Below, in pieces: positions 30,600 to 32,000 of a stretch of 32,000 bases of DNA. The position numbers and the translations under genes are program-made. Position 1 is the stretch's first letter. The number at the start of each line of letters is the position of its first letter. A model generated the notes under the pieces. That model saw only the letters and a list, made by a program, of their open reading frames with translations, did not search any database and was not told where the DNA came from. The DNA is from Acaryochloris marina S15 (lineage in GTDB: Bacteria; Cyanobacteriota; Cyanobacteriia; Thermosynechococcales; Thermosynechococcaceae): NCBI RefSeq assembly GCF_018336915.1, contig NZ_CP064923.1, positions 5,460,001-5,492,000 of the forward strand, written 5' to 3'.

Positions 30600-32000
30600 G
30601 TGGCAATACACCTTCGTAACTGGCTGGCGGATCATCTAGAGATCAGTCCTCGCCGTAAAGCAGAAATCTATCACAGCCTCCTCGATTCAGTCAGTTTAGG
30701 GGATATCAGTTACTGGCTGCAGGTGCTTTTCTCGGCAGGCATTGCCACTCTCGGATTGGTCTTAAATAGTCCAGCCGTCATTATTGGTGCCATGCTCATT
30801 TCTCCTTTGATGGGAGGCATTTTGGCCAATGGCTTAGCCTTTGCTGTGGGTGATTTGGTCTTAGGCACCCGGGCTATCGTGAATTTAGCAGTGAGCTGTC
30901 TGGCTGCCATTGTCTTTGCCATCCTGATTATTGCCCCTATTCCTTTTAAAGAACTCACCCCTGAAATTGCGGCCCGGACACAGCCGAATGCCCTAGATCT
31001 ATTTATTGCCTTGTTCTCTGGGGCTTTAGGGTCGATTGCCACAGCCAAAGAGCCTAAGGGCGTGGTTACATCCATTCCCGGAGTAGCGATCGCTGTGGCC
31101 CTGATGCCACCCCTTTGTGTGGTCGGCTACGGTATTGGTATCCGTCTCAGCTCTGATGTGGTAGGCATTGGGGGCTTTCAAGTGGCCCGTGGGGGAGGGT
31201 TATTATTCTTAACTAATCTAGCCGCCATCACCTTAATGTCCATGTTGGTGTTTTTGGCCCTCAATATCGGCATGCCCGAAGTCAAATCCCAGGCCGTCGA
31301 ATGGCATGAACAGGATCCCGAAAGCCGATGGGTCAAAAATTTACTGACGCGTCTGCCGGTTACCAATCAGCTCCAGAAAATTGGCAGTTTACCCAGCCGA
31401 CTCGCGGTAATTTTACTCCCCATCCTGGTGTTACTGGTTCCTCTCAGTCAATCTTTTTCGCGATTACAGACACAGTTAGCTCAGAAACAGGAAGATAACG
31501 CCCTGCGCCGACTAGCCACCACGATCTGGCAAGGTAATTTTGCCAATACGGCCACTGGAGAACCTCGGTCCTACATTAGCCAGTTGAATACAACTGCCAT
31601 CGAGGATAAGCTAACGGTGCAGTTAACGGTATTTACCAGCGAACCGTATACTCTCGACGAGCGGCAGCGGTTCAGAGAGACCCTGGCCCGCCAATTAAAC
31701 CGACCGGCCAATTCTCTGGATATCCAGTTGATTGAGATTTTAACGGCTTCCAATGAGCTGCTAGCTCGGCTCTCCGATGACCCGGTGGTGACAGAACCTA
31801 TCACCCCAGAAGCTTCACCCATCAGCGTCTCCCAGGCTCAGGTTAATTTACTGCAAACGGTTGATACTGCCTTGGGAACGATGGTACTTCCCGCTCCTGC
31901 TCTCCCCCTCCGTCACGAAGTCAGCACGAGTGCGATTGCCCCCCTCACTCTAAAAATTTTCTATCTCAGCAATCGTGACATTGGGGGTGATGCCCAAACA
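30600..32000 (+). CDS. DUF389 (TIGR00341-like) membrane protein, 3' end beyond the window
   Basis: This ORF is missing from the ORF track because it has no stop in the window. My hand translation from the GTG at 30600, just after the in-frame TAA at 30594-30596, stays open to nt 32000. The product reads ...ISYWLQVLFSAGIATLGLVLNSPAVIIGAMLISPLMGGILANGLAFAVGD...IPGVAIAVALMPPLCVVGYGIG, the conserved DUF389 hydrophobic core. Confidence 0.8.
   Translation, partial: MAIHLRNWLADHLEISPRRKAEIYHSLLDSVSLGDISYWLQVLFSAGIATLGLVLNSPAVIIGAMLISPLMGGILANGLAFAVGDLVLGTRAIVNLAVSCLAAIVFAILIIAPIPFKELTPEIAARTQPNALDLFIALFSGALGSIATAKEPKGVVTSIPGVAIAVALMPPLCVVGYGIGIRLSSDVVGIGGFQVARGGGLLFLTNLAAITLMSMLVFLALNIGMPEVKSQAVEWHEQDPESRWVKNLLTRLPVTNQLQKIGSLPSRLAVILLPILVLLVPLSQSFSRLQTQLAQKQEDNALRRLATTIWQGNFANTATGEPRSYISQLNTTAIEDKLTVQLTVFTSEPYTLDERQRFRETLARQLNRPANSLDIQLIEILTASNELLARLSDDPVVTEPITPEASPISVSQAQVNLLQTVDTALGTMVLPAPALPLRHEVSTSAIAPLTLKIFYLSNRDIGGDAQT

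Larger units (their letters stand above)
405..31093. repeat. HIP1 (GCGATCGC) highly iterated palindrome, 15 dispersed copies
   Basis: Exact octamers start at 405, 1693, 3086, 10846, 10985, 12532, 13886, 23399, 23804, 24305, 25034, 25390, 27448, 28113 and 31086. A given 8-mer is expected about 0.5 times in 32 kb (32000/65536). This enrichment is the classical cyanobacterial HIP1 signature. Confidence 0.9.

Noticed and set aside
30710-31822. Three minus-strand ORFs (30710..31075, 31178..31366, 31571..31822), which are the only ORFs listed by the track in this region.
   Set aside because: The plus strand carries an uninterrupted DUF389 reading frame from 30600 to the window end with highly conserved motifs. 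It was omitted from the track only because it has no stop in the window.

Overview
The window looks like a cyanobacterial chromosome segment. It carries 15 copies of the HIP1 octamer GCGATCGC, plus ycf3 and sqdB. I saw no rRNA, tRNA, CRISPR array, transposase or integrase.

Gene order, left to right:
- smc, 3' part only (5' end is outside the window)
- a processive family-2 glycosyltransferase and a GumC/Wzc-type co-polymerase/tyrosine-kinase, both on the minus strand
- a 714-bp AT-rich spacer
- two exported proteins, the second a PEP-CTERM protein with a (Thr-Pro)17 linker
- sqdB
- an orphan TRAP solute-binding protein
- an overlapping GH2-GH9 glycosidase pair
- a DUF167 protein
- a membrane hydrolase-like protein
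- a membrane-embedded NACHT NTPase
- two divergently transcribed tandem paralogs built as zinc ribbon + Ser/Thr kinase + FGE-sulfatase domain; the second looks like a pseudokinase
- a Rad50/SbcC-like ATPase with no zinc hook and no adjacent nuclease gene
- a small exported protein
- an orphan hypothetical protein
- a CPBP protease
- ycf3
- an EamA transporter
- a DUF389 protein (3' end is outside the window)

The best candidate for an undescribed system is 16.5-23.3 kb, possibly extending to 26.1 kb. The NACHT protein there has no repeat-type sensor but carries a large glycine-zipper transmembrane array. It is paired head-to-head with two cytosolic kinase/FGE-sulfatase proteins. This same stretch falls within the longer of the window's two long HIP1-free stretches.

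All family calls come from motif recognition by eye. No database search was run.
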